Positions 55,395 through 55,830 of a stretch of 55,830 bases of DNA are shown here, piece by piece (position 1 is the first letter of the stretch; each line of letters begins with the position of its first letter). The notes under the pieces are model-generated. The model worked only from the letters and a program-made list of their open reading frames with translations, did no database searches and was not told where the DNA came from. The position numbers and the translations under genes were made by a program. Origin of the DNA: a virus (lineage: Duplodnaviria; Caudoviricetes); the IMG/VR virus record IMGVR_UViG_3300049811_000327, positions 1 through 55,830 of that record; one strand, written 5' to 3'.

Positions 55395-55830
55395 TTACCT
55401 CCGATCGTTTACTCTCTGCAAGAAGTCGTCCATCATGGGCCGCCAATACTGATCGACCAGGTTATCCCAGTCGAACTCTTGGTGGATCGCATAACTTGTG
55501 ACCAACCTCTTCTCTGCGAGCTGTGAAGGCGAGAGCGAGGCCCTCTCTTCAGTCAGCTCAAGGATTGCGGCAGCCACCCCTGGCACGTCGGGAACGGCCT
55601 GCCAACTGCTCTGGTAAGTCCAGTCGAGGCGCTGCGGATCAACCGCCACACCCCAGCGGACCAACTCCGGCATCGACGAAAAGTTAGTGACAACCACTGG
55701 GGTCCCACACGCTTGGGCCTCAATGATTGGGATCCCGAAGCCTTCTCCCTTACTTGGGCACAAGAGCATGTCCGCTGCGTTGTAGAACATCGAGAGGTAC
55801 TTGGGAGTGTACTCGCCGATCCACAGCTTG
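55395..55830 (-). CDS. GT4 glycosyltransferase, 3' part (joins 1-945)
   Basis: YNAADMLLCPSKGEGFGIPIIEAQACGTPVV; the frame is open to the window edge. Confidence 0.88.
   Translation of the reverse strand, partial: KLWIGEYTPKYLSMFYNAADMLLCPSKGEGFGIPIIEAQACGTPVVVTNFSSMPELVRWGVAVDPQRLDWTYQSSWQAVPDVPGVAAAILELTEERASLSPSQLAEKRLVTSYAIHQEFDWDNLVDQYWRPMMDDFLQRVNDRR
55659..55830. repeat. Terminal direct repeat, copy 2
   Basis: 171 of 172 bases identical to 1-172. Confidence 0.95.

Noticed and set aside
1-55830. Lysogeny module, tRNA genes, introns or inteins
   Set aside because: I recognised no integrase, ParA or CI-like gene and no tRNA cloverleaf; DnaE, helicase and TerL are uninterrupted. Absence by eye is not proof.

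Overview
The window looks like a complete, circularly assembled genome of a tailed dsDNA phage (siphovirus-type, about 55,658 bp unique). Bases 1-172 recur at 55659-55830, and one glycosyltransferase gene runs across that junction. Virion, packaging and lysis genes are on the minus strand (13496 down to 1, continuing 55830 down to 41532). Replication, nucleotide-modification and accessory genes are on the plus strand (14011-41298). I saw no integrase, tRNA or CRISPR array. Most notable: (1) a tightly coupled operon of dNMP kinase-MazG fusion, UDG-fold protein, eukaryote-type UDP-galactopyranose mutase, GT-B glycosyltransferase, dCMP-type thymidylate-synthase homologue and DnaE, which suggests a furanose-sugar cytosine hypermodification of the phage DNA; (2) a membrane-anchored CHAT/caspase-fold protein in the lysis cassette; (3) ten near-identical promoter/leader repeats that divide the early region into cassettes; (4) a dispersed family of roughly 100-bp palindromic elements, three with an accessory motif exactly 43 bp away; (5) an array of 10-bp palindromes spaced 17+6n bp; (6) three more glycosyltransferases and a methyltransferase among the virion genes. 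All protein assignments come from motif recognition by eye, and no database search was run.
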